Assembly: GCA_963748215.1 (NCBI GenBank)
Contig: CAVVHS010000006.1
Location: 352,001-416,000, forward strand
Direction of reading: 5' to 3'
Source: an uncultured Gammaproteobacteria bacterium
Lineage (GTDB): Bacteria > Pseudomonadota > Gammaproteobacteria > UBA9214
DNA length: 64,000 nt
The position numbers were made by a program, and so were the translations under genes. Of this stretch, positions 29,901 to 40,320 are shown piece after piece (the stretch's first letter is position 1; every line of letters starts with the position of its first letter). The notes beneath the pieces are model-generated. The model made no database searches and had not been told where the DNA came from. It was given only the letters and a program-made list of their open reading frames with translations.

Positions 29901-30367
29901 TAAACCAAAAGGCCCGCTATTGCGGGTCTTTTGGTTTATCACCTCGGGAGGGGATGAGAACCCCGGGTTCGAGCCGAGCCACGCCAGGCGTGGCGAGACA
30001 ACAACGCCGCAGGCGTTGGCCCCGCAGGGGTGAGGCGCGCAGCGACGAATAATCCCCTTGGGGACGCCATAAACCAAAAGGCCCGCTATTGCGGGTCTTT
30101 TGGTTTATCACCTCGGGAGGGGATGAGAACCCCGGGTTCGAGCCGAGCCACGCCAGGCGTGGCGAGACAACAACGCCGCAGGCGTTGGCCCCGCAGGGGT
30201 GAGGCGCGCAGCGACGAATAATCCCCTTGGGGACGCCATAAACCAAAAGGCCCGCTCTTGCGGGTCTTTTGTTTATCACCTCGCGAGGGGATGAGAACCC
30301 CGGGTTCGAGCCGAGCCATGCCAGGTGTGACAGGACAGCAACGCTTCAGGCGTGGCCCGGCAGGGAT
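29882..30367 (+). repeat. tRNA-Glu-derived tandem repeat, 169-bp unit, about 2.9 copies
   Basis: aatccccttggggacgcca at 29882, 30051 and 30220, each followed by a terminator hairpin; third copy degenerate. Confidence 0.92.
29902..29937 (+). terminator. Rho-independent terminator, repeated in each 169-bp unit
   Basis: aaaccaaaaggcccgc-tatt-gcgggtcttttggttt. Confidence 0.8.
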
Positions 30368-30385
30368 GAACTCTGGCTCGAAACA

Positions 30386-31675
30386 CTACTTCTGCCTGAA
30401 TATCCAGACGTCCTTGATGCCGAGCTCCTGCTTGACGGTTCCGGCATGCTTCTTGGCGGCGGCGTAACTTTCAAAACCGGCTATCTGCAGTCGCCAGTAT
30501 TGCCTGCCATTCACCGTCGCGCTGTTCAGTTCGGCATTCTGTTTTGCGGCGCCGCTGTTTCTGCTGAAACGTTCAACGTAGGCCTTGTCAGGAGAGGAAA
30601 GCAGATTGATGACCCATGGGCCAGTGCTCGACGCAGGTTTGTCTGCCGTCATCAAAGCTTGAGAAGCTTCGGGGGCAGCTTTGCTTCCCGTGTCTTCGCG
30701 GACGGGCGTCGGCGGAGCAGTCCTGGTGATCGCGGCAACCGCATCTCCGGCAACCGGGGGTTTCGATGGCCTGGTTGCCGGTTGTGTGACCGTGCCTGCC
30801 ATACCGGGACTGCTGCGCCCCGGCAGGTCAGGCTGGGCAGGTTCCTGATCGATGGCGTCGTCAGCAGCGGCTGTTGCAGGTCTGCTGGCCGCTGCAGGTA
30901 TTTCCGGCTCCCTGGCAGGGCTGTCTGGTTTCCGCGCCTCTCGCGCTGGTGTGCTCGCGGAAGGCGGGATAACCTGGCCCAGTCTGCTAGCGAGATTGGC
31001 GAATGCCTCGTTCAGCGCAGTCATCCGGGCGTTGAGCGACGCATACCTGCCTTCCTGCAAGCTGGCGCTGAATACACGACTCTGTATGTCAGCGAGTTCT
31101 GTCGATTGCCGCTTGCTTAGCGTTTCGAGGGTACTGATGCGGCTGTCGATACTGGCGGTATAGACATAACCCCCGGTAATCACGCAGACGGCAAATACCG
31201 TGGCAAGAATAACTGAATAGAATGGCCGGTTATTCTGTTTCTGTGCGTGCTTTGTTGCCTGCCCGGAGAGCTTTTCATTAATGAGATTTGCGGTTGCCCT
31301 GCTGCTTGTGCCTCTCCTGTCCAGGCGGCCAAGCGAGGCTTCGAGTTTATGCTGTTCGCTGACCCGATAGGATTCAATCAGGTCCACCAGTACGGGGTCG
31401 GGCTTGTGAAATTCAACGTCGATGCTGTCCGCTTCGACATGTCGAACCCAGGAAGGGATGGCAATTTTCCTTGTCTTGCCCTCATGCTTTATGGTCAGGT
31501 GAACATCGACGCTGTCGCCGTCCTTGAAGGTCAGCAGGCGTCCATCGGCATCACATTGCAGCTGCATGCCGTTCTGGCTGACATTCATGACGCGGCAGCC
31601 TTTTGGAACGGTTTTTTCGCCGATAAGGAGGGCGTTGATATTGACCGGCGTTCGCGCTTGACTTCTACGTTCCAT
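30386..31675 (-). CDS. PilZ - TM - coiled coil - low complexity - SPOR domain protein
   Basis: RSQAR (RxxxR) and NVSQNG, TM segment FYSVILATVFAVCVITGGYVY, C-terminal SPOR-like WVINLLS...YWRLQIAGF...LGIKDVWI. Confidence 0.75.
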   Translation of the reverse strand: MERRSQARTPVNINALLIGEKTVPKGCRVMNVSQNGMQLQCDADGRLLTFKDGDSVDVHLTIKHEGKTRKIAIPSWVRHVEADSIDVEFHKPDPVLVDLIESYRVSEQHKLEASLGRLDRRGTSSRATANLINEKLSGQATKHAQKQNNRPFYSVILATVFAVCVITGGYVYTASIDSRISTLETLSKRQSTELADIQSRVFSASLQEGRYASLNARMTALNEAFANLASRLGQVIPPSASTPAREARKPDSPAREPEIPAAASRPATAAADDAIDQEPAQPDLPGRSSPGMAGTVTQPATRPSKPPVAGDAVAAITRTAPPTPVREDTGSKAAPEASQALMTADKPASSTGPWVINLLSSPDKAYVERFSRNSGAAKQNAELNSATVNGRQYWRLQIAGFESYAAAKKHAGTVKQELGIKDVWIFRQK

Positions 31676-31854
31676 AGCTCTGCTTGATAAGCTCCGCAAG
31701 CTGGCAGCTGATCCGTTGATTCGTTCTGGGTTGCCCGGCGTGTGTCGGGTTGACGTGAACTATACGATCATTAATGCAGAACGTCCATGCCTGTGTCAGG
31801 CAGGATTCTCCCGTGGTCGCCGACCGACCGGTGCCCGATGGAATATGTCGATAC

Positions 31855-33024
31855 TCAGTCTCTTCGGAGCTTGGCGTTGACGGTGATCGGGGTGGGGTAA
31901 TTGAGCATGATCAGGTACGAGGAGGCTACAAAGGTGAGCAGTGTGGTCGCCTGGATGAGGTACGAGGCCCGGGAACTGATCGCGCCGGCATTCAGGGCCA
32001 GGACGGCTATCATAAGGGAAAATTCACTGACCTGGCCGAGCCGGACTCCCGCCTCGAGCGAGAGCTTGTGCTGTTCGCCGGAGTAACGGAGTAATCTCGA
32101 AAACACCAACGGTTTGGCGGCGAGCATGACGGTTGCGATGACTGCGGCAGGAATGAAGACATCCGCCAGAACCGTGATATTGAAACCGGCGCCGAGCGAA
32201 AAGAAAAACATAATCAGGAAGAAATCGCGCAGCGGTTTGAAACTCTCGGCGATGAACAGTGATATCGGGTTCGTGGCCAGCGCCACGCCGGCAATGAAGG
32301 CGCCTGTCTCGTAGGAAAGGCCTGCCGTTTCCGCCAGCTGGGCCATGCCCAGGCACCAGCCGATCGCGGTAAGGAAAACATACTCCTGGATGGTATCAAA
32401 GCGCAGGATCAGTGGCTGCAGGACATAGCGTTCGAACAGAAAGGCGACTGTTATCAGGACTGGAATCGCCAGCGCCAGTATTCCTATGCGCTGCCACTCG
32501 ATGGCTGACTGCGAGAATGCGTCCAGAAAGACGAGAATAAATATCGCGAGGATATCCTGCAGCAGCAGGATGCTGACCATGACCTGGCCCATATGGCGGT
32601 GGTGCAGTGCCGTCGTGGGCAGCAGTTTCAGTCCGATGATGGTGCTCGAGAACATCATGACAGCACCGATTATCAGGCTGTCGAAGGAACTGAACCCGAA
32701 AGCCCTGCCGATCAGGTAACCGGCCGCGCAAAAGGCGAGCGAGCTGACGGCAGTAACGACCAGGGCCTCCCTGAACATCCGTGCAAGTTGCGAGGGCTGC
32801 AGGTTGAGTCCCAGCAGGAACAGCAGGAAGATGATGCCGATGTGGCCGATCTGCTGGATTACCGAGGCGTCGGTTACCAGCTGCAGGCCCCATGGTCCGA
32901 CAAGTCCGCCGAGCAGGATATATGCAACCAGCAATGATTGTCTGGCAAACAGCGCCAGGGCGGCGAGTACAGCAGCGCCGGTGAATATCAGGAATATGGA
33001 AAAGATGATCGAATGGTCAGGCAT
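31855..33024 (-). CDS. Cation:proton antiporter (CPA2 family)
   Basis: Multi-TM protein; SSTIIGLKLL, LLLQD, PLRDFF, LGQVSEFS. Confidence 0.9.
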   Translation of the reverse strand: MPDHSIIFSIFLIFTGAAVLAALALFARQSLLVAYILLGGLVGPWGLQLVTDASVIQQIGHIGIIFLLFLLGLNLQPSQLARMFREALVVTAVSSLAFCAAGYLIGRAFGFSSFDSLIIGAVMMFSSTIIGLKLLPTTALHHRHMGQVMVSILLLQDILAIFILVFLDAFSQSAIEWQRIGILALAIPVLITVAFLFERYVLQPLILRFDTIQEYVFLTAIGWCLGMAQLAETAGLSYETGAFIAGVALATNPISLFIAESFKPLRDFFLIMFFFSLGAGFNITVLADVFIPAAVIATVMLAAKPLVFSRLLRYSGEQHKLSLEAGVRLGQVSEFSLMIAVLALNAGAISSRASYLIQATTLLTFVASSYLIMLNYPTPITVNAKLRRD

Positions 33025-33149
33025 GACTTATCGTATAGCCGGCGTCCTGCAAAATAAAGGCGCTCCGTACTGGTCACCTGGCGGGGCCATGCCAGTATGA
33101 GGGCGCCAGGGCGCGATTGCCTGTTGCCTGGCGGTGTGGCTGTGTGCTG

Positions 33150-33560
33150 TTACAGAATGGTGTTGGCCTGCCCGGGTAGCGAAAGCTCGAGTGCCCGGAC
33201 CCGCTTGCCGGCCCCGTCGAGGGCCCTGCCGGCGGCGAACATGACATCATGACTGCCGGCTATGTGCTTCTGTTCGCCTGTAACATCTGTCGTTTGGCTG
33301 GTCGACAGGGTTGTGCAGGGTATGCTGGCCGATGCTGAATTGTTTGCGGCAGGGCTGCTATCCGTGGCTGCTGGCATCAAGCTGACCCCTGACGGAATCG
33401 GCCATGAGGTTGATGCGATCCAGTGCCGCTTGCCGGTGTCGCCGCATTCCCGGGTTTGCCAGTGGCTCGAGGTTGTCGGTTGCCAGCGGGGACGGTTTAT
33501 CCGACATCAGGACATCGAGGTGGGCTTCGCCGACCCTGAGGCGAAGCATATCCGTCGTAC
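33150..33560 (-). pseudogene. Decayed TolC/LapE-type outer-membrane protein remnant
   Basis: Fragments LRVGEAHLDVL...LATDNLE, KQFSIGQHTL and HDVMFAAGRALDGAGK..ALELSLP resemble LapE/AggA motifs; stop at 33358-33360, frameshift and large internal deletion. Confidence 0.65.
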
Positions 33561-33660
33561 TGTATTTGTCGCAGGCGTGGGATTACACCCGGACGCGATG
33601 TCGCCGGAACGGGTCACCCCGTGCTAGTCGGCAACAGTCTCCTGTCATTATGATGATGTT

Positions 33661-34329
33661 TCAGGATATTTCGCTGAAGAAGAGCGCAAGGTTGAGCCGA
33701 TTCTCTATTTCCAGTTTTCTGAAAATAGCGCTCAGGTGTGCCTTGACAGTGCGCTCCGAGATGTCGAGTTCGCGTGCAATCATTTTATTGTTGCCGCCGA
33801 GATGAACCATGCGTGCGACTTGCAGCTCTCTCGGCGTCAGGGTTCTGACCAGTGAATTGTCGAAATTGCTGTGCTGTAAGGGCACATTGCCCTCGCTGGC
33901 CAGTTCGCTGATCATCTCGGTGATCAGTTTTCTCTGTATCCAGTATTCTCCCTCGAGTACCAGATTTACGGCGCGCGCAAGCAGTGCGGGCGTGATGTCA
34001 TCCTTGCAGAAACCGCGTGCGCCGGCCTTGAACAGGCTGCGCTGGTCAACCAGCCTGTCAGATTGATTGTCGATGATGACCACGAAAATACCCGACAGTT
34101 TTCTTATCAGGCTGGTCAGGAATTCCGTCGTGTTATCCGCACAGACATGTGGATCGATAAAGAGCAGGGTAGGTCTTTCGCTTGCGACGCAGGAATGCAT
34201 GGCGGGCAGGGAAGTTATCCGCCGGGTTTCGTATTTTTTCCCCAGAACGCCGGTATAACGGCCCGTGACAATATCGTCGCGACTGACAATCAGGATATAG
34301 TCATTTGCCGGTGATGCACTTGCTGCCAT
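33661..34329 (-). CDS. LuxR/NarL-family regulator with atypical receiver domain
   Basis: LTPRELQVA..GGNNKMIARELDISERTVKAHLSAIFRKL. Confidence 0.9.
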   Translation of the reverse strand: MAASASPANDYILIVSRDDIVTGRYTGVLGKKYETRRITSLPAMHSCVASERPTLLFIDPHVCADNTTEFLTSLIRKLSGIFVVIIDNQSDRLVDQRSLFKAGARGFCKDDITPALLARAVNLVLEGEYWIQRKLITEMISELASEGNVPLQHSNFDNSLVRTLTPRELQVARMVHLGGNNKMIARELDISERTVKAHLSAIFRKLEIENRLNLALFFSEIS

Positions 34330-34345
34330 TGGCCCATTCCGCTGT

Positions 34346-34812
34346 CTGCCGTTCTGTGAGTGCTCATTCCCCTGCGCAGGACCGGTTTCAGCAGATAGTC
34401 AAGGACTGTTATTACGCCCATGAGGATATCAACCAACGTGTCTTGCCAGGATCGATTTCCGGTGGGTCCGCTTCAGTGTCCAGATAGCCGTGTTCAATCC
34501 TGAACCGGATCAGCAACAAGCCCTCACCGTTCCCATGTGTGATGGTATCGGCACTGATGCGTTCTAGTTTAGCCGGCGATATACCGTAAATAGCGAGATC
34601 ATATGCAGTTAATTTGACCAGGGCGGACTATTCCGGGCGCAGTAAGGCAATATCGGCGGGTCTGGTATGGGCCGTTGAAGGGATACGGCCTTCCAGGGGT
34701 ACGATTTGATGCGGGAGCATTACCGGTCTGGATGATGCCACCTGTGTGTCGATCTTGACCTGATCGATTCTTTGCGGACCGGCGTCCGGCTCACCCTGTA
34801 GCGTCGCCTGTC
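34346..34812 (-). pseudogene. Decayed HlyD/LapC-type T1SS periplasmic adaptor
   Basis: Translated fragments GGIIQTG, QIVPLEG...RPADIALLRPE*..VKLTAYDLAIYG..LERISADTI, VDILMG..TVLDYLLKPVLR, ALTER; in-frame stop at 34628-34630 and frameshifts. Confidence 0.82.
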
Positions 34813-35017
34813 AGTCAGACGATCCTGGCTATCGAGGATCTGGCCGATCTGTTGATCGGGTCGCAGGTTGTCCCGCTTGGTGACCTCCCGGAAACGTCAC
34901 AGCGAAATCTGACCGTGCGGCAAGGTATGCGTGACGAGGTCAACACGACGGCGAATCTCATAGCCGGAGTAGAGGACACATTCTCGATCCGGGCGCCTTG
35001 CACTCGGCCTCACGTTA

Positions 35018-37006
35018 TTATCGCGTCAGGCTGGCACTGGCCGATTCCTGAGCCAATTCCGGCCTGCCGGTCAGATACCCTTGCAAACCATCGATATTCA
35101 GGCCTGTCAGTGTGTCGCGCTCGGCAGCGGTTTCCACGGACTGTGCGATTACCTGGATATCGAGACTGTGCAGGGTATCCGTGAGCGCCTGTACGAAGAA
35201 CCGGTTGTCGCTGTTGCTGTCGATACCGCGTATGTAACTGCTGTCGATCTTTACAAAACTGATATCCATGCTGCGCAGGTAGCCGAACGATGCGAACCCC
35301 TTGCCAAAATGATCAATGCCGCTCCTGCAACCCAGTGTATTCAGGCGTTCGACGAGGTTGCGGGCATTCTGGATGTTTGCAAGGACCGCGTACTCTGGGA
35401 ATTCAACCAGTATATGTTTCGCTAGCGTGGGGGCATTGCCAAGTGTGCTGGATAACCACTGGATGAAGACTGCGTCATGCAGGGATGTCGATGAAAGGTT
35501 GACGGCAAAAAGGGTTGACGGATCGGGGTTCTGTGCGAGGTATTCGAGCAGTCGTGTGACAGCCAGCTTGTCAAGCTGGCTGGCGAGACCGAAACGTTCA
35601 GCCAGTGGTACGAATATGCCGGCATTGACACCGTTGTTGCTTTTGTCATCGATGCGTGCGAGTACTTCTTTGTGCAGCATGCCGCTACCCTGCGCTTTGG
35701 TTTGGTATACCGCTTGCATGTACAGCCTGATGGCGCCTTTGTCGATGACCTCGCGTAATCGCTTGCGCCAGTTTTGCATGCTGTGTATCTCGGGCTGGTT
35801 GGCTGCCGGAGCCTGATAGCGCTGCCAGATGTTCTGGCCGCTTGCCTGGGCAGAACGCAGTGCCATGTCGGCCTCGGACAGCAATTCCGGCAGCGTATTG
35901 CCATGCCGCCACATTGCAATGCCGATATGACCGATGTCATTTGAATCGGCAAGGCCGTCAGCGCGGAGCTGCAGGAGATCCCTGCAAAGTGTCGCAGCGA
36001 GTGCGTCGGCGCTGCTGACCGGAAGACCGGTGACGACAATGCCGAAGCCGGCGCCCGATATGCGGGCGGCAAAGCTGTTCTCAAGATAGGAAAGTTGCGA
36101 CTTTATCAGCTCGCCCGTTCTTTTCAGCAGCATGTCTCCTGCCGTGTAACCGCTACGTTCGTTGACCCTCGATAAGTCGCGCAACTCGAGCAACAGCAGC
36201 GCACCCTGCGAGACTTCGTCCCTGCTATCCAGCATTGCACCGAACTGACAGTCGAAATAGCGCCGGTTGCCAAGGCCGGTGACGGTATCCTGGTAGGCCT
36301 GCTCGCGCAGGCGCTCCGTCAGTGCAGACTGTTCGGTAAAGATTTCACCGACCTTCTCGGAAAGCCTGTTCATTGCCAGAACGACGCTGCGCAGTTCGGC
36401 GGTACGCGGCAGGCGTCTCTGGATCATGTACGAACGGTTACGTATGGCATCCGCCTGTAACTTAACCCTCGCCAGTGGACGCAGCAGGAACCTGACAGCG
36501 ACAGTTGCGAGTACCAGGGTGACGACCGCGGCGACCAGGTACAGCATCAATGTATCCATTGTCGTGGCCCATAGCTGATTGTAGGCGCGCCCGGTATTGC
36601 TGGTAACATGAATCCGGCCGGCCTGGCTCCAGCCGGACATGACCAGTGCCTCCATGGCAGGCGCTTGCAGGGTAATCGCTTTCACGAACCACTCCGGCGC
36701 GGCACCGGTGTCTGGCGGTACGCTCTTTTCGACCAGCGTGTCTCCATCAGCCGAGATCAGCGCAATACGCTGGTATTCGCCACGGTCAAATACGGCGCCG
36801 ATCATGGTCGAAATCACCGGTATGTCCGGCGGTTGCACATACGGAGACAGCGACAGACCCAGTGATGTTGCGGTATCCCGCGCATGTGTCTCGAGCTGCG
36901 CGGTCATGAACGTGCGCAGGTTTTGTGTGCTGATAGCGACTGTTGCGATGAAGCCGGCAATCAGTATCAGCACAATCCCCGTCGAGATCTGTCTGTAAAG
37001 TGTCAT
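35018..37006 (-). CDS. lapD: LapD-type c-di-GMP receptor (periplasmic, HAMP, degenerate GGDEF, EAL)
   Basis: MTLYRQ, HARDTATSLGLS, APEWF, GWSQ LapG-binding loop, TGLGNRRYF, degenerate SGAGF, KEVL. Confidence 0.9.
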   Translation of the reverse strand: MTLYRQISTGIVLILIAGFIATVAISTQNLRTFMTAQLETHARDTATSLGLSLSPYVQPPDIPVISTMIGAVFDRGEYQRIALISADGDTLVEKSVPPDTGAAPEWFVKAITLQAPAMEALVMSGWSQAGRIHVTSNTGRAYNQLWATTMDTLMLYLVAAVVTLVLATVAVRFLLRPLARVKLQADAIRNRSYMIQRRLPRTAELRSVVLAMNRLSEKVGEIFTEQSALTERLREQAYQDTVTGLGNRRYFDCQFGAMLDSRDEVSQGALLLLELRDLSRVNERSGYTAGDMLLKRTGELIKSQLSYLENSFAARISGAGFGIVVTGLPVSSADALAATLCRDLLQLRADGLADSNDIGHIGIAMWRHGNTLPELLSEADMALRSAQASGQNIWQRYQAPAANQPEIHSMQNWRKRLREVIDKGAIRLYMQAVYQTKAQGSGMLHKEVLARIDDKSNNGVNAGIFVPLAERFGLASQLDKLAVTRLLEYLAQNPDPSTLFAVNLSSTSLHDAVFIQWLSSTLGNAPTLAKHILVEFPEYAVLANIQNARNLVERLNTLGCRSGIDHFGKGFASFGYLRSMDISFVKIDSSYIRGIDSNSDNRFFVQALTDTLHSLDIQVIAQSVETAAERDTLTGLNIDGLQGYLTGRPELAQESASASLTR

Positions 37007-37066
37007 ATATCGTTCCGTGCCGTTACTGCAGCAGAATTCACCCTGTATACGATGGTGTGTGGTTGC

Positions 37067-37765
37067 TCAGCGCGGCAGGGCAAGCTGTTCGTCGCTGATC
37101 CGGGCGATAACTTCCTTCCAGCGGCTCAGTCGTTCCGGATCCCCAACGTGCTGGTCCATGCCGCGTGCCTTTACCAGCCACAACCCGTTACCGTTGAAAC
37201 TATACACCGGTAACAGGTCGGTCCTGCTGGACGATGTGCGAATTTCCATAACCAGGTTATCGAGTACCAGGGGGTCCGCATCGGATGTACTGTAATACGT
37301 TAACACCATATGCGCCTGCTCGAGCTCAAGTGCCTTGACATAGGTAAGCCGCATACGCTCGGCGGGTATGCCCATCTGGCGGAGCGTGAAATATTTCGCG
37401 ATGGAGAAATCCTCGCAGTCACCGCCGTTCGATGCCAGCATCTGCAGGGGGGTCGCCCAGTAGTCCTCCTTGCCCCAGTGATCGATATCGCTGATGAAGG
37501 TAACCTTGTTGAAAAAATCGTTGGTCCTTTGCAATTTCTGCATGTCATCCAGCCCGTTGCTGGCCCGGATCATATCCTGCCAGTCGCTGATCCGCTGCAG
37601 TGCATGTTCGCCATACGTCTCCCTGATTCCTGCCAGTGATTCGACTGCCAGCGTAAATTCCTCGCCATTGCACGGTGCAATGCCGGCAAGGCTCAGTATG
37701 CCCGCCAGCAGGATGCACAGCAGGGGAGAGGCGGTCGCGAGCGGACGTGCTGCGGACGCTGACAT
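37067..37765 (-). CDS. lapG: LapG transglutaminase-like cysteine protease
   Basis: DYWATP, GDCEDFSIAKY, QAHMVL, LVLDNL (Cys-His-Asp triad intact). Confidence 0.92.
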   Translation of the reverse strand: MSASAARPLATASPLLCILLAGILSLAGIAPCNGEEFTLAVESLAGIRETYGEHALQRISDWQDMIRASNGLDDMQKLQRTNDFFNKVTFISDIDHWGKEDYWATPLQMLASNGGDCEDFSIAKYFTLRQMGIPAERMRLTYVKALELEQAHMVLTYYSTSDADPLVLDNLVMEIRTSSSRTDLLPVYSFNGNGLWLVKARGMDQHVGDPERLSRWKEVIARISDEQLALPR

Positions 37766-37965
37766 CAGGCAGTCGTTGCGGATGTTTGTGGCATACGAAT
37801 GCCTATCGGCACCGGTCGCAACCGACTTGTGAAATCAGGCTATAAATGAATGACCTGTCGTTGCATCACTACGGCCGGCGGGTGGCCCGGTGCGTGGTAC
37901 CTAGGTCCAATTGCGCCGCCGACGGCCCGCCTCTAGACTCTTTAAAACCATAAAAACAAAGGCTT

Positions 37966-38454
37966 ATGAAAAAAATAAAAGTCACTATTGTCGCGACGGC
38001 CGCGGAGGAATATCCGGGATGCGCAGACATCCTGGGCGCCTGTCCTGAATTCGAAATCGTTGTCCGCTCCGGCGGGCTGTGCGAGACGGGTGGCTGGTCG
38101 GCCATTTCCACTTCCGACGTGCTGGTGTTTGACGAGGCAGCACTGGTGCAGGAAGGCCCAACCGGGCTGCGCGATATTCAGTACTACCACCCCTTGCTCA
38201 AGCTCTTGCTTGTTCTCGAAAATCACAATGAAAACAAAATAATGGAGGCTCTTGCCCTGGGATTTTCCGGAATTATCGAACGTGCCTCGCTGCGTTCCAT
38301 GCTGCGCCGGTCCATCCCGGCGTTGTACTCGGGCGATGCCTGGGTGTCGCGCCAGCTTGTTCAGTCGCTGCGCACCCGGCTGTTGCACCTGGACGGCGAC
38401 AACGTGCCAGGGATGTCGGTACGCACCGGCAAAAACCATGGAAAACTCAATTGA
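37966..38454 (+). CDS. NarL-type receiver-like protein without HTH
   Basis: DVLVFD, EALALGFSGII, YSGDAWVSRQL; ends before any HTH. Confidence 0.6.
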   Translation: MKKIKVTIVATAAEEYPGCADILGACPEFEIVVRSGGLCETGGWSAISTSDVLVFDEAALVQEGPTGLRDIQYYHPLLKLLLVLENHNENKIMEALALGFSGIIERASLRSMLRRSIPALYSGDAWVSRQLVQSLRTRLLHLDGDNVPGMSVRTGKNHGKLN

Positions 38455-38749
38455 TTGATGTGCTTAAGTCGCATCGACGGGTGATTGCTGGCGTGTGACA
38501 GGCAAGTTGTCCGTGATCACTGTCTGTCTGCGTTACCGCGGGCAGGCAGGGTGACTGCCGTTGCCAGAAACCTGAATCCGCTGGCAGGCAGGAAATCATC
38601 ATGCCCGATCAGCTGATCGGCACTACCGGGACAAGCGACAGGAGTGCAACCGTCGTTCATCCGAGCGGAGCGACCGGGTCGCTTGCCGATGCTGCTGCTG
38701 TGGTCGTTGCGTCCATCAGTACAGCCGTCCGGATCGAGGGCGAGTAACG

Positions 38750-38997
38750 CGGGTCCGGGATGGACAGACCGTCAGTCTGGCGGCAGCGGGGCGGACATCC
38801 ATATCCGGTCGCAGGGCAAGTCCGGGTTCGGCCGGGAGATCGATTTCAATAGCACGGAAGCGGACGCGCTTGACCTTGCCGATCTGCTGGCGGGCGAGAG
38901 CAACCCGACGGCCCTGGAACCGGACAATGGCAACCCGGGCATTGCCTCGGGCACCGATACCACCATCACCATCTTCGACGTCGCGGCAAATCGATAG
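38750..38997 (+). pseudogene. Remnant of an RTX adhesin (LapA-like) C-terminal T1SS target domain
   Basis: GGSGADIHI....DFNSTEADALDLADLLAGE...GTDTTITIFDV resembles an RTX nonapeptide plus T1SS C-terminal signal. Confidence 0.7.
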
Positions 38998-39072
38998 CCA
39001 TGTGAAACTTGCGCTCCGGCTGTGTAATAATCCCCCCCTCCTGATTGCCCCGGAGGGGGAACTGCCGCACCC

Positions 39073-40320
39073 ATGTTTAGACCACTTGAGCTGTTTGTCG
39101 GTCTGCGCTACACGCGCACCAAGCGGCGTACCCACTTCATCTCGTTCATCACACTGACCTCCATGCTCGGCATTGCGCTGGGTGTGACGGCACTGATTAC
39201 CGTGTTGTCGGTAATGAACGGCTTCGAGACCGAGTTGCGCACGCGCATCCTGGGCATGGCGTCACACGCCACCATCTCCCGCTATGACGGCCGGCTCGAT
39301 GACTGGCAGTCGCTGGCGTCGCTTGTCGAAAACCAGCCGCACGTGCTGGCCTCGGCCCCCTATGTCAGCGGCGAATCCATGCTCAGCAACGGCCAGCAGG
39401 TGAGTGGCGCCATCCTGCGCGGCGTGGATCCGGCGCTGGAAGGCCGTGTGTCCGACGTGGTCGATCACATTCGCGGCGGTGACATCGCGCAACTCAGTCC
39501 CGGCGGCTACGGCATTATCCTGGGCAGCGAGCTGGCCGCGGCACTCGGTGTGGGTGCCGGCGATGCAATCACCGTGGTTTCCCCCCAGATTACGATTGCA
39601 CCGACCGGTGTACTGCCGCGACTGCGACGCTTTACCGTGCTGGCGACCTTCGAGGTCGGCATGTACGAGTACGACCGGGGTGTCGCGCTGGTGCACCTGC
39701 AGGATGCCGCCAAACTGTTCCGGCTCGATGGTGCCGTCAGCGGGCTGCGCCTGAAAATCGACGATGTGTTCGATGCGCCCATGGTGGTGCGCCAGCTGGC
39801 TGCGGAGTTGCCGGGTGATTACCGGCTCGAGGACTGGTCGCGCAAACACGCCAACTTCTTCCGCGCGGTGAAGACCGAGAAGCGCGTCATGTTCATTATT
39901 CTTACGCTGATTGTCGCCGTTGCCGCATTCAATATCGTGTCCACCCTGATTATGGTGGTAACCGACAAGCGTTCGGATATCGCGATCCTCAGGACGCTGG
40001 GCGTCACGCCGCGCTCGATCATGATGATCTTCATCATCCAGGGCGTCGTGATCGGCGTGCTGGGCACGGCGCTGGGCGTGGCCGGCGGGGTGGGGCTGGC
40101 CCTGAACATCGAGTCCATCGTGCCGGCTATCGAGCGGCTGTTCAACGTGCAGTTCCTGGCGGCGGATGTGTACTACATCAGCGAGGTACCCTCCGAGCTG
40201 CACTGGAACGACGTGTGGATCATGGCCTCGGTGGCATTGCTGCTGAGCCTGCTGGCGACGCTGTACCCGGCCTGGCGCGCGGCGCGCACACACCCGGCCG
40301 AGGCATTGCGCTATGAGTGA
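39073..40320 (+). CDS. lolE: Lipoprotein-releasing ABC transporter permease (LolC/E)
   Basis: [40 protein letters not shown]. Confidence 0.93.
   Translation: MFRPLELFVGLRYTRTKRRTHFISFITLTSMLGIALGVTALITVLSVMNGFETELRTRILGMASHATISRYDGRLDDWQSLASLVENQPHVLASAPYVSGESMLSNGQQVSGAILRGVDPALEGRVSDVVDHIRGGDIAQLSPGGYGIILGSELAAALGVGAGDAITVVSPQITIAPTGVLPRLRRFTVLATFEVGMYEYDRGVALVHLQDAAKLFRLDGAVSGLRLKIDDVFDAPMVVRQLAAELPGDYRLEDWSRKHANFFRAVKTEKRVMFIILTLIVAVAAFNIVSTLIMVVTDKRSDIAILRTLGVTPRSIMMIFIIQGVVIGVLGTALGVAGGVGLALNIESIVPAIERLFNVQFLAADVYYISEVPSELHWNDVWIMASVALLLSLLATLYPAWRAARTHPAEALRYE

Noticed and set aside
29882-30367. Possible CRISPR array serving the orphan Cas6
   Set aside because: Units are 169 bp and identical along their length, with no unique spacers, and derive from the tRNA-Glu 3' end.
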